A stretch of DNA of 64,000 bases, taken from positions 15,593-79,592 of the forward strand of contig JAAZXI010000001.1 of NCBI GenBank assembly GCA_014240285.1. The letters are read 5' to 3'. Under the pieces are notes generated by a model that was given only the letters and a program-made list of their open reading frames with translations, was not told the DNA's origin and ran no database searches. Shown here in pieces: positions 9,842-18,655 of this stretch. Both the position numbers and the translations under genes were made by a program. Each line of letters opens with the position of its first letter. Within the stretch, counting starts at the first letter, position 1. Source of the DNA: Methanobacteriota archaeon (lineage in GTDB: Archaea > Thermoplasmatota > Poseidoniia > Poseidoniales > Thalassarchaeaceae).

Positions 9842-9850
9842 TCACTAGTC
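9829..9850. repeat. 22-bp direct repeat, right copy (CCGGCTTTAGCATTCACTAGTC)
   Basis: It overlaps the stop of the esterase gene and the ATG of the RluA gene. Confidence 0.6.
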
Positions 9851-12019
9851 ATCATCGGCTCGTTGCCAGCCCAACCAACGCCGAACAGAGTCTGTGGTAG
9901 CCACCATGATGAACAGAGCTACCACTATGCCGCCTAGAAGCATCAGCGTGCGATCAACCTCCTCCTCCCACCGAGCGGCATCATTCGGGTAGAAGTCAAC
10001 ATTATCTCCAAACCCATCTCCATCAGAGTCCATCGTCTCATTAGGATCCAGGGGAAAAGCATCACTGTTGTCACCGACCCCATCTTCATCTGTGTCTAAC
10101 CATTCGTCTGCGTCGGAGGGAAACACGTCCATATTATCCCCAAACCCATCTCCATCAGAGTCTATCCATTCATTGGGGTCCTCTAGGAACGCGTCGGAGT
10201 TGTCGCCAACACCGTCTTCATCTGTGTCCAGCCATTCAGAAGCGTCTTCGGGAAAAGCGTCGGAATTGTCTCCAACACCATCCTCATCAAAATCGGACCA
10301 TTCCGAAGCATCTTGGGGAAACACATCACCGTTGTCACCGACCCCATCGAGATCACTGTCTACGGTCTCCAAATTATCATCCGGAAAAGCATCAGCATTG
10401 TCACCGACACCGTCTTCATCACTATCGTCCCACTCGCTTGCGTCCATCGGGAATTGATCGTCGACATCGGGGGCGCCGTCGCCGTCATCATCATTGTCCA
10501 CTACATCGCACTGCGAATCTCCGTCGCTGTCCACCGGAACCTCATCGGAATCCATCGGGTCAGTCAGGCAACTCGACTCGTCTGCGTCCGTCCACCCATC
10601 ATTATCGTCATCATTGTCAGCGTTGTCGCCAATCCCATCATTGTCGTTGTCTGAGTGCTCGGAAGCATCCAAACGAAAAGCATCCTCTGAATCCATCCAA
10701 CCGTCGTTGTCATCATCATCATCACTGTTGTCGCCGAAACCATCGCCGTCAGTGTCCACCCATTCATAGGGGTTCAAGGGAAAAGCATCCTCTGAATCCA
10801 TCCAACCGTCGTTGTCGTCATCTGGGTCGGAGTTGTCCCCCATTCCATCACCATCTGTGTCCTCCCACTCCATCGGATCACTTGGGAAAACATCCGAATT
10901 GTCCCCCACTCCATCACCATCTGTGTCCTCCCACTCCGTCGGATCACTTGGGAAAACATCCGAGTTATCTCCCACCAAATCGCCATCGGAATCGGCCCAC
11001 TCGTTCGGGTTGTAGATGAAGGCATCAACATCATCTCGGTAGTCGTCACCATCGGAATCGCGCACGAAGTCCTCTAGCGCCCACTCTAGTGACAGATTAG
11101 CCCACCCCGGGGCATTCATCGAGGGCGCGTGGCTGCCCCCGTTAATTCTCCAGTGCGACACCCTGTTGCCGTCGGCGCAGTTCAGATGCTCAAGCTCATC
11201 GGTCTCTGCAACATCATCAGAGCCGGTGATGTCGATGCTGCCGAGGTTTGTCCAACTCGCATCGCATCCCGATCTATCTGCCCAATACTCTGTTGATTCT
11301 GGTGCTGAAGGGTATGCCCCTCCCGTCAAGGTGCCTCCGTTGTACTGTATGACGCTGTCAGCTGTGCCGTGGACGTGCAGGATGTTTGGACTCCCTGTGT
11401 TCGGGCAGTCGTTTGAGAAATCCTCCCAAGTCGCTCCGTTTAGAGACACGATTGACTCGATGATACCACCCCTTTCACAAGCCATCCTGTGACTCATGAA
11501 AGCACCGTTGGAGTGCCCAATCAGTACCACACCCTCGGGGTCCGCCCCATAATTAAGGACAGCCTGATCAATCAGACTCTCGAGGAAACTCACATCGTCC
11601 ACCGAGGTCCCGAACAGGTTACAGCAGGCATTGGTAGCATTCCAGTACCGCATGGCTATGATATTCGAGGTACCGTCAGGGGTGATTAGAAGATGCTCAT
11701 TTTCGTGGACGCTGTCATACAAACTCATCCACGCGGCGTTGAGTGAGCCCCAACTAGAGTAACCATGCAAGGAGATGACCAGCGGCAACGGTCGGTCGTA
11801 AACGTGCCCCCCTGGCATAATCAGGGTGGCCGACCTGCCTTGCGAGGAAATCGTGGTAGTAGTGTGTTCATCGGTGTAGTTGATAGGGCCATAGCCATCG
11901 TTTGAGTCGGCCCATCGCCTATCTTCAGCCCCCCAAATCCCCTCCAGCTCGGAGCCAAATAACCCGGTCGCCACCAGCATCATGCAGACGAGAACCGGTG
12001 CGTAGAAGCGGGTGCTCAC
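9845..12019 (-). CDS. secreted alpha/beta-hydrolase (PHB-depolymerase/esterase-like) with about 18 thrombospondin type-3 Ca-binding repeats and a C-terminal TM anchor
   Basis: GHSNG nucleophile elbow, a long DxDxDGxGDNxD repeat array, and a C-terminal TM. The six-frame ORF (to 12289) runs through tRNA-Leu. The true start is therefore downstream of 12078; I placed it at about 12019 (V91 as a GTG start) or 11983 (M103). Confidence 0.7.
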   Translation of the reverse strand: MSTRFYAPVLVCMMLVATGLFGSELEGIWGAEDRRWADSNDGYGPINYTDEHTTTTISSQGRSATLIMPGGHVYDRPLPLVISLHGYSSWGSLNAAWMSLYDSVHENEHLLITPDGTSNIIAMRYWNATNACCNLFGTSVDDVSFLESLIDQAVLNYGADPEGVVLIGHSNGAFMSHRMACERGGIIESIVSLNGATWEDFSNDCPNTGSPNILHVHGTADSVIQYNGGTLTGGAYPSAPESTEYWADRSGCDASWTNLGSIDITGSDDVAETDELEHLNCADGNRVSHWRINGGSHAPSMNAPGWANLSLEWALEDFVRDSDGDDYRDDVDAFIYNPNEWADSDGDLVGDNSDVFPSDPTEWEDTDGDGVGDNSDVFPSDPMEWEDTDGDGMGDNSDPDDDNDGWMDSEDAFPLNPYEWVDTDGDGFGDNSDDDDDNDGWMDSEDAFRLDASEHSDNDNDGIGDNADNDDDNDGWTDADESSCLTDPMDSDEVPVDSDGDSQCDVVDNDDDGDGAPDVDDQFPMDASEWDDSDEDGVGDNADAFPDDNLETVDSDLDGVGDNGDVFPQDASEWSDFDEDGVGDNSDAFPEDASEWLDTDEDGVGDNSDAFLEDPNEWIDSDGDGFGDNMDVFPSDADEWLDTDEDGVGDNSDAFPLDPNETMDSDGDGFGDNVDFYPNDAARWEEEVDRTLMLLGGIVVALFIMVATTDSVRRWLGWQRADDD
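9920..11060. repeat. intragenic tandem repeats encoding the TSP3 motifs
   Basis: Periodic units of about 54-57 bp. They produce many spurious overlapping ORFs on both strands. Confidence 0.6.
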
Positions 12020-12077
12020 ACACTCTTCCTCCCGCACGCTGCTAAGAAACTGCCTCAGCAGCGCGTTTGTCAGTAGG

Positions 12078-12162
12078 TGGTGCAGAGGACAGGATTTGAA
12101 CCTGCGAAGCACTACGCACTGGGACCTCATCCCAGCCCCTTTGACCACTCGGGTACCTCTGC
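12078..12162 (-). tRNA. tRNA-Leu (anticodon GAG), long variable arm, CCA encoded
   Basis: Manual fold: acceptor GCAGAGG/CCTCTGC, anticodon loop ATGAGGT, variable arm TGCGTAGTGCTTCGCA, T-arm GGTTCAAATCC. Length 85 nt. Confidence 0.85.
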
Positions 12163-12215
12163 TTGCAGCATTAGCGAGACACCCGGCGTATATCAGAATG
12201 GCGAAGCGCCACCAC

Positions 12216-13082
12216 TCAGAAATCGAGCCCGTACTTCTGAGCCAACGGAGGCGACTCTCCAGTCTTGGCGAAGTAGTACAAAGAGACACGATTCACTGCT
12301 TCGCATGCACTGAAGAACAGAACGGAGATGGCTATTCCAGCGAACATAACCAAGATTCCCAACCCGCTTCCAATTTCCCCCAGTGCGAACAGTGGTAGAC
12401 AGATTACCACAATCAGTAGACAAACCAAGATGTTGATTATTCCAGTTCCAGTCGTCGAAACCACATCCTCCCCCCAAGTCTGCTTGAACAATTCCGGACT
12501 CTTCGACATACTCTCGCCAACGCCAATATTATCCAACACGATCATTGGAACGACGAAGAACGTCGCAATCCACCAAGCGACCTGTACGATGAAGGAGGCG
12601 ATGTGTCCGAATATACTCACTACAAGATTGTCCGATTGTTGCATACTTTGGAAGGCCGTTATAATCAAACCAACCGTACCTGAGATTAACCCCCATATGA
12701 CAATCTGGGGCAGGCACTTCATTGCCTGCTTAATACCATATGAAAAACTTGGATTTGTTCCAGCAGTCAGTCTCTCATGGGCGCTTGCGATTATAGCCGC
12801 GTTCCAGAATACAGTGATTATCGCTATTACCATGTAACTAAGGAAAGCGCCCACATAGACTCCACTCTCAGCACCTTCTTCACCTCCGACGAAGAATCCT
12901 AGGCCACCGGTTAGCGCCAAAATAGTAATTGCAGCAATAATTGAGAATATTCCTGAGAACAGCATGTAGGCCATGAGTTCGGGATCGGCTCTAACCACAT
13001 GCATCCCTAGTTTGGTTACCCTCCAGCCACGCCCTATTCTTGCTCTGAAACCCATCTTGGGCCCCTCACTTCTCATCATCAT
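12216..13082 (-). CDS. polytopic membrane protein, function unknown
   Basis: Six or more TM helices. Low GC. Confidence 0.5.
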   Translation of the reverse strand: MMMRSEGPKMGFRARIGRGWRVTKLGMHVVRADPELMAYMLFSGIFSIIAAITILALTGGLGFFVGGEEGAESGVYVGAFLSYMVIAIITVFWNAAIIASAHERLTAGTNPSFSYGIKQAMKCLPQIVIWGLISGTVGLIITAFQSMQQSDNLVVSIFGHIASFIVQVAWWIATFFVVPMIVLDNIGVGESMSKSPELFKQTWGEDVVSTTGTGIINILVCLLIVVICLPLFALGEIGSGLGILVMFAGIAISVLFFSACEAVNRVSLYYFAKTGESPPLAQKYGLDF

Positions 13083-13122
13083 ACCGTCGCCTGTATGGCC
13101 CCTACCTTCAAGATTGACCCGG

Positions 13123-13590
13123 TTATTCGAAGCTTACAGCATCACCAGGGATAACCACACCTTCGTCGACTACTGATGCGAGCCATCTGGACCAACCCAT
13201 CTCCAAATTGTGATCAATTCTGGAGAATTTCTGTTCTTTGAACGATTCACTAATCACACTACAAGGAGCACACGGCTCACTCAATTCAATAATCGCTCCT
13301 CCAACCTTGAACTTCATTCCCACTTTGAGAGTGGGCCAGTCAAGACCTTCGATTGTCAAGTTCTCGCCAGTAGATCCAATTTCGATAGGATGTCCCTCCC
13401 TCTGCAGATCATATATTCTTTCCAGAGAGAAAATACAAACTGCTCGTCCCGCATCATTATTCCTTTTCTCAGTACGGAACCTATTGTAATCCCCTTCGAC
13501 TCCATCAAGCCGTAGAGTTGCTGCCCTAACTGGTAGTTTAGGTACACCTCCATCACCTCGTACGTTCACGGAATGGACAATAGCGTTCAA
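13123..13590 (-). CDS. MOSC-domain protein
   Basis: Segment GENLTIEGLD…ELSEPCAPC is typical of MOSC. Confidence 0.65.
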   Translation of the reverse strand: MNAIVHSVNVRGDGGVPKLPVRAATLRLDGVEGDYNRFRTEKRNNDAGRAVCIFSLERIYDLQREGHPIEIGSTGENLTIEGLDWPTLKVGMKFKVGGAIIELSEPCAPCSVISESFKEQKFSRIDHNLEMGWSRWLASVVDEGVVIPGDAVSFE

Positions 13591-13654
13591 TCGAATGACC
13601 CCATGAAGTCCAACTCGATTTCAAGTCTATCAACCATTTCGAGGCTGCGAACCT

Positions 13655-14701
13655 TCAGAATGGCAACGACTTATCCAACCGATCGACCATTTCCAGATAT
13701 CGATTGGTGTGTTCTGTTCCAGGCACATTAACCACGAATTGCCAATAACGCCAGGCTGCGACTGCTAGGACCGCATAGCGATGCAGATCAGGAAGGGCTG
13801 TATGTTCTGCATCTGTCAATGGTCGAACTGACTGGTATCCGGCCAACAACGCATCCCACAATTCAGGAACTGGAAAACCACCCTTCCAGCCAAACCCAAC
13901 ATAGGTTGTCGCAAGATCCATCGCGAACGATTCTATACAGATTTCCTCAAAATCAAGTAGGGCGAGAACCTCCCCCTTCCGCCCAATCACATTGTCAGGG
14001 TACAGATCACCATGGATAATGCCACAGGGAAGGTCCTTCGAAATTCTTTGTTTGAGAAGATGTGTCTCCTCCTCCAGCATCTGTAGGAATGGCGTCATTG
14101 AATCCTCCTTCCGCGCATCTTTGACAAGCTTCTCCCAGAGGACATATCCAATCGAGAACGTGGTAGGAATGCTTTCATGAATTGGAACCCCATGCAACTG
14201 TGCCTGCGTCTTACCGAGTTCGTAGAGTGATGCAGTATCTGAGGGCAGCCAACCACCGTCGATATACGGCATCAACATCCACGCTAGATTATCCTTGACA
14301 AGCATCCATTCATTCTCTCCCAGTAGCAACGGGACAGGTGTCGGTACGCCGTGATCTGCGAGCCAACATGTATGCTTGATTAGCAGCTCCACTTCATCTG
14401 GAGACCTTTCATCCCAGATCTTCAGAACAAGCTGTGAGCCATCATTTAGGGTTAGTAGATAATTCGAATTTGCCCACCCCCCAGTAAGTGGCTGCATCTT
14501 ACTCAGTGGTGCCACTCCAGCAGCTGTCAACAGCCATGACGCATCTTCCACAGTGACATCGGTATACGCCATCAAGCCACCTTCACCGTTGGAGTTCATC
14601 ACTGATGACAATCGAGTACAGTCTCCCACCATCTCCGAGAGAGACCCCGACTGCCATGCAGAAACGTCAGCACGAGCACATATTGCTTCATCGGTCATCA
14701 T
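13655..14701 (-). CDS. APH/ChoK-family phosphotransferase (aminoglycoside/homoserine-kinase-like)
   Basis: GIIHGDLYPDNV (HGD catalytic loop) and DFEE motif. Confidence 0.65.
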   Translation of the reverse strand: MMTDEAICARADVSAWQSGSLSEMVGDCTRLSSVMNSNGEGGLMAYTDVTVEDASWLLTAAGVAPLSKMQPLTGGWANSNYLLTLNDGSQLVLKIWDERSPDEVELLIKHTCWLADHGVPTPVPLLLGENEWMLVKDNLAWMLMPYIDGGWLPSDTASLYELGKTQAQLHGVPIHESIPTTFSIGYVLWEKLVKDARKEDSMTPFLQMLEEETHLLKQRISKDLPCGIIHGDLYPDNVIGRKGEVLALLDFEEICIESFAMDLATTYVGFGWKGGFPVPELWDALLAGYQSVRPLTDAEHTALPDLHRYAVLAVAAWRYWQFVVNVPGTEHTNRYLEMVDRLDKSLPF

Positions 14702-14805
14702 TTTCTCTCAAATAACTCCAACCACTCTCGGCATACTTTTCATACAGGCACTCGGGGCCGCGGATATACAGACTGCGATATGCGACTCTGGTTGAGGAAG
14801 AGAAG

Positions 14806-15483
14806 ATGAAACCAATCTTGAGGAACCTATACCAGTTCATCAGGGACGCGGCCCATGTGCTCTTGCATGGAAATCTCGATTCTTCGGACTATATCATACT
14901 CGACGATAAAGAAGTCGTTTTCGCGAGCGTTGCCAAATCTGCGTGCACATCCATCAAGACCTCCATTGCGGAGGAGCCCCCCAATAGTCCTACGATACAC
15001 AAACACATCAGAGAGTTTTCACACAAGAGAATCCCTAAGGACAAACACTCTTACTTCGTTTTCACTTATGTCAGAAATCCATATGAGAGACTTGCTTCGT
15101 GCTACCGCAGTAAATTCAATCTTGAAGATAAATCAAAGTTTCTCTATAGCCACTATTTGTTCGGATATATGGGTAATAATGACACATTCGAGGAATTTGT
15201 CCGGAAAGTATCGAAAATCCCCGACTTCATGTGCGATCGCCACTTCAAGTCCCAGCACAGCATCATCTTCTCCAGCGGCGCAAAAGTCGATTATGTAGGC
15301 AAGGTTGAGGAATTACCTTCGGACTTCGAAGAGATTCGTCAGCGCTACGGATTCAGCGAACTCAAGGTCTTGAACAAATCTCAGGGGAAAAGCGCCGAGA
15401 TGCTCCTCACCGATGAGATTAGAGAACTAATTTACAACCGATTTAAGAAAGACTTTGAGACATTTGGATATGAAAAAGAATAA
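14806..15483 (+). CDS. carbohydrate sulfotransferase (Sulfotransfer_2 / CHST-like)
   Basis: 5'-PSB VAKSACTS, 3'-PB FTYVRNPYERLASCY, C-terminal DFETFGY. Very AT-rich codon usage. Confidence 0.75.
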   Translation: MKPILRNLYQFIRDAAHVLLHGNLDSSDYIILDDKEVVFASVAKSACTSIKTSIAEEPPNSPTIHKHIREFSHKRIPKDKHSYFVFTYVRNPYERLASCYRSKFNLEDKSKFLYSHYLFGYMGNNDTFEEFVRKVSKIPDFMCDRHFKSQHSIIFSSGAKVDYVGKVEELPSDFEEIRQRYGFSELKVLNKSQGKSAEMLLTDEIRELIYNRFKKDFETFGYEKE

Positions 15484-15572
15484 TCCTCAATTATTCAAAG
15501 AAGAAGTTTCGGACCTCATATTGCTTCTTCTCTCCGGTTAGGACTTAACATATCCTCAGCCACGCAACCCGC

Positions 15573-16514
15573 ATGCGCGCCATCCTTCCACAGCCAAACC
15601 TGCTCATTGTCGGGGCCCCGAAATCCGGAACTACGTCCCTTCTGATGTGGCTCAGAAGCCACCCAGAGGTCTACCACCCGTGGTTTGGAGCCGGACCTGA
15701 GGCCGTCGAGAGCGGATTCCTAATAGCAGGACCCACCGATATCCCCATTTCACCATCTAGGCCGAGAGGAACACTTCTGTTACCACATGATACCGACGTC
15801 GATCGCTACAAAGGGGAACCTTGGGTAATAGACAAATCCCCGCAGCACCTGTACTCAAGACGGGCGTTGGAGACCGTGCGTGATTTGATGCCTGACGCAA
15901 AGGTCATCATAGCCCTCAGAGACCCCTACGATCTTCTAATCAGTCAATATATGCAAATGTGGAAGGGCGTGAATTTTGACACCCCATTCGAGGAGCTGTA
16001 CGAAAAGATGCAGTCCCAAGGATGGGAGGCCAACACTGAGATTGCAGAGACCTGGGCCTTTCTCACATATCCCCGGTATTCCGAATTTGTTCGTGCATGG
16101 GTATCCGAACTTGGCTCCGACAGGGTGAGGGTTGTGAGGCTGGCCTCAATCGCAGGTAATGCATCAGGTGTGCTTCGGGAAATTTCTGAGTGGCTGGAAA
16201 TTAGCCCGAGTAAGATGCCTAGCAATCCCACGGCGAGGAACACTAGGGGAAAACTATCCAACTCTCCGATTAGAAAGTTCCTGAGGGAACCTCCCAAATG
16301 GGTGTTTACCTCTGCTAGGCTGCTGTTACCTAGCAGATCCGCTAGGAAGGCGCTCCTAGATCCAATTAGGAGGAGGGGGTGGAAGCACATTCCAGCGGAC
16401 AAGCCCGAGATCCCGCCAGAAATGGAGAGCGAAATCAGAGCGAGGCTGAAGGAGGATACCGAATTCTTCGAGGCACTCGATTCGCATTTACCCAGTGGCA
16501 CAATGATTGGCTAG
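15573..16514 (+). CDS. PAPS-dependent sulfotransferase
   Basis: 5'-PSB GAPKSGTTSL; 3'-PB IIALRDP. Confidence 0.7.
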   Translation: MRAILPQPNLLIVGAPKSGTTSLLMWLRSHPEVYHPWFGAGPEAVESGFLIAGPTDIPISPSRPRGTLLLPHDTDVDRYKGEPWVIDKSPQHLYSRRALETVRDLMPDAKVIIALRDPYDLLISQYMQMWKGVNFDTPFEELYEKMQSQGWEANTEIAETWAFLTYPRYSEFVRAWVSELGSDRVRVVRLASIAGNASGVLREISEWLEISPSKMPSNPTARNTRGKLSNSPIRKFLREPPKWVFTSARLLLPSRSARKALLDPIRRRGWKHIPADKPEIPPEMESEIRARLKEDTEFFEALDSHLPSGTMIG

Positions 16515-17428
16515 CGTTCGAACGATTCCAACCAATGACCGGTCGAGAATCCGGTTAGTTCCTCAAACTTCTCTAAGTCAGGCACAACCTCTCCTTCACA
16601 GATTTGATAGTGCCCCTTAGTCAGTAACGAATCCTCCCCCTTCCTACTTATGAGGGGGAGGTCATAGATGTTCAGAGATCGTTTCTGTAGGGGCTTCGCA
16701 AGCACATCCCTTACTGACTTTGGAAGTATGCGTACTGCGGATTTGAAGACCCTTCCCAAGGTAGTGGCCCCCCTCCTTCCTTGTGAGGTGTTCGCATTCT
16801 TCTGAGACAGGTAATCGTATTCGAATTTTCCTAGACCGAAATGAGAATTGATTTCCCCGAGGACAACATCGGGCGCAGTTCTCATTTTCTTACTATCGAT
16901 AATCAGAAAACTCTCTCTTTCAAATCCCTCCAACCAGCGAGCCATTGAGGCTGACCAGACTGAATCGTCCTTCAGCCTCTGGTCTCCCCACGCGGTCTCG
17001 AAGTCGGACCAATCTGCTCCATGCCTACGGTCTGCCATGTTGTCCCGGACCATCTTCCAATGACTGAAAGCCCTCTCAATTGGCTCCCTTAGGCAAATCA
17101 CAAAACGGGCTCCAGGGTTGATCTGGAGCACCCTGTTTGGGGCCAAGGGGCAGGAAAACGCATGTACCGAACCATCGACTCTGAAACCATTGCCTGAGAA
17201 AGCCCGTCCATATTCATCTAGATCCGGGTCGGATGCGTCTCTCCCAAAGGTTCCATGATGACTGGCCAAGATATTAGGCTCCTTGGGGGAAGAGAAGTCA
17301 ACACTGGGATTCTGTGAAAGGACTCCCGCTAGCCAAGTCGTACCACACTTTGGCAGACCAAGCAGGAAGCCGTCCACCAGAGGCCTTTCTTCCACACATG
17401 CATACTTCCCCGAGCGCTTATGAGTCAA
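16511..17428 (-). CDS. PAPS-dependent sulfotransferase
   Basis: 5'-PSB GLPKCGTTWL; 3'-PB ICLREPIERAFS. There is a 4-bp overlap with the upstream GT2 gene. Confidence 0.7.
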   Translation of the reverse strand: MTHKRSGKYACVEERPLVDGFLLGLPKCGTTWLAGVLSQNPSVDFSSPKEPNILASHHGTFGRDASDPDLDEYGRAFSGNGFRVDGSVHAFSCPLAPNRVLQINPGARFVICLREPIERAFSHWKMVRDNMADRRHGADWSDFETAWGDQRLKDDSVWSASMARWLEGFERESFLIIDSKKMRTAPDVVLGEINSHFGLGKFEYDYLSQKNANTSQGRRGATTLGRVFKSAVRILPKSVRDVLAKPLQKRSLNIYDLPLISRKGEDSLLTKGHYQICEGEVVPDLEKFEELTGFSTGHWLESFER

Positions 17429-18258
17429 TCGGGCCTTTCTATCGAATGTCTGGGCGCTACCGGCTCATCTTTCACAACTCTCCTCACCGCCCAGAAGATT
17501 GCGAGTAGCCAGGCCCTTGTCCACAGCGACCACGATTGGGTAGATGTTAGTGGCTTCACATCTCCCGGCTTGTGAACCGATCTCATCTCTTTTCTGAGTT
17601 TTCTAAGGTCACCATTCATCACACTTCTTCTAGAAATCATTCCGGCCCCACATTCGACAAACTTCTTGGGATTGCAATGGTAGAGAAGTTGCTCAGAACG
17701 AGGGTAGGCACCGTAGACCGCTCCGTGGATTCCTATTGGTTCGGGATGGTGGACCTTGCACTGAGGCGCCCAGGCCATCTCCTGCCCTGCATCGATTATC
17801 CTCCAAGCAAGATCGGTGTCCTCTCGGTGCAGAAAGTACCTCTCGTCAAACCCCCCAATCTGCTCTAGCACATCCCTTCTGACCGCCATGTTTGCGGTCT
17901 TGAAACGGTCCCACTTGAGCCGGTTTGGAGGATCAAAATCGATTATTTTACCATCTTGTCCAGTGGTACTAATGCTACCCTCAATTCCTCCCAAATCATG
18001 ATTCTGAAACACTTCTTGGATGTTCTCAATCCAAGACTCATCAGCGATACAATCGTCATCGATGAATGCGACGTACTTCGCAGAACCTCTCCGCCAACCG
18101 ATGTTTCGGGATATCCCAGGCCCTTGATCCAATTCCGAATCATCCACTACCTCGATAGATTTCGCCAACAGGGTTTGCCTTTCTAAAGAGGCCAAACACG
18201 ACGCCAACGCCTCGGGCCTTCTGAAGGTAGGAATCACCACATCTACTTCCGAATTCAC
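17425..18258 (-). CDS. family 2 glycosyltransferase
   Basis: VVIPTFRRPE…IDDDC (GT2 DxD region). Confidence 0.75.
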   Translation of the reverse strand: MNSEVDVVIPTFRRPEALASCLASLERQTLLAKSIEVVDDSELDQGPGISRNIGWRRGSAKYVAFIDDDCIADESWIENIQEVFQNHDLGGIEGSISTTGQDGKIIDFDPPNRLKWDRFKTANMAVRRDVLEQIGGFDERYFLHREDTDLAWRIIDAGQEMAWAPQCKVHHPEPIGIHGAVYGAYPRSEQLLYHCNPKKFVECGAGMISRRSVMNGDLRKLRKEMRSVHKPGDVKPLTSTQSWSLWTRAWLLAIFWAVRRVVKDEPVAPRHSIERPD

Positions 18259-18286
18259 AGCTCTTGCAGACGTTCTGTGGTAATTA

Positions 18287-18655
18287 GTGTCGCGTACAAT
18301 TCAAGAATCGGTAGTGTCACCCAAGGGCATGGTCAACCTAGCCGCGCCGGTTCTCGGAGGATTTCAAGATTCTTTGGATACTGCTTTCGGAGTAACAGCT
18401 GGGTGGTGGGTCGGGCACCTGCTCGTAGTCGGCATACTGGCTCTCAGCGTGGTCGCGCTACAGAACCGACATCACATCACCAACCATTCCGGATTCGGGC
18501 GCAGCACGCTGATGGACGCATCCGCGACACTTGCTCTCACAGCCGTCCAATACAGCGTTTTCACCGGCTCTTTCGGGTGGCCCGATGGAATATCTCTTTC
18601 TCTATCGATAATCTGCACTCTGGCACTCAGGTGGCACGTGCTAATCGTCGAATGA
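18287..18655 (+). CDS. small membrane protein (hypothetical)
   Basis: TM-like stretches. An alternative frame (18277..18693) is Arg-rich junk. Confidence 0.3.
   Translation: MSRTIQESVVSPKGMVNLAAPVLGGFQDSLDTAFGVTAGWWVGHLLVVGILALSVVALQNRHHITNHSGFGRSTLMDASATLALTAVQYSVFTGSFGWPDGISLSLSIICTLALRWHVLIVE

Noticed and set aside
10068-11052. Multiple Ser/Pro-rich and His/Arg-rich ORFs on both strands
   Set aside because: They arise from the tandem TSP3-encoding repeats of the esterase gene. Their repetitive low-complexity translations are artefacts.
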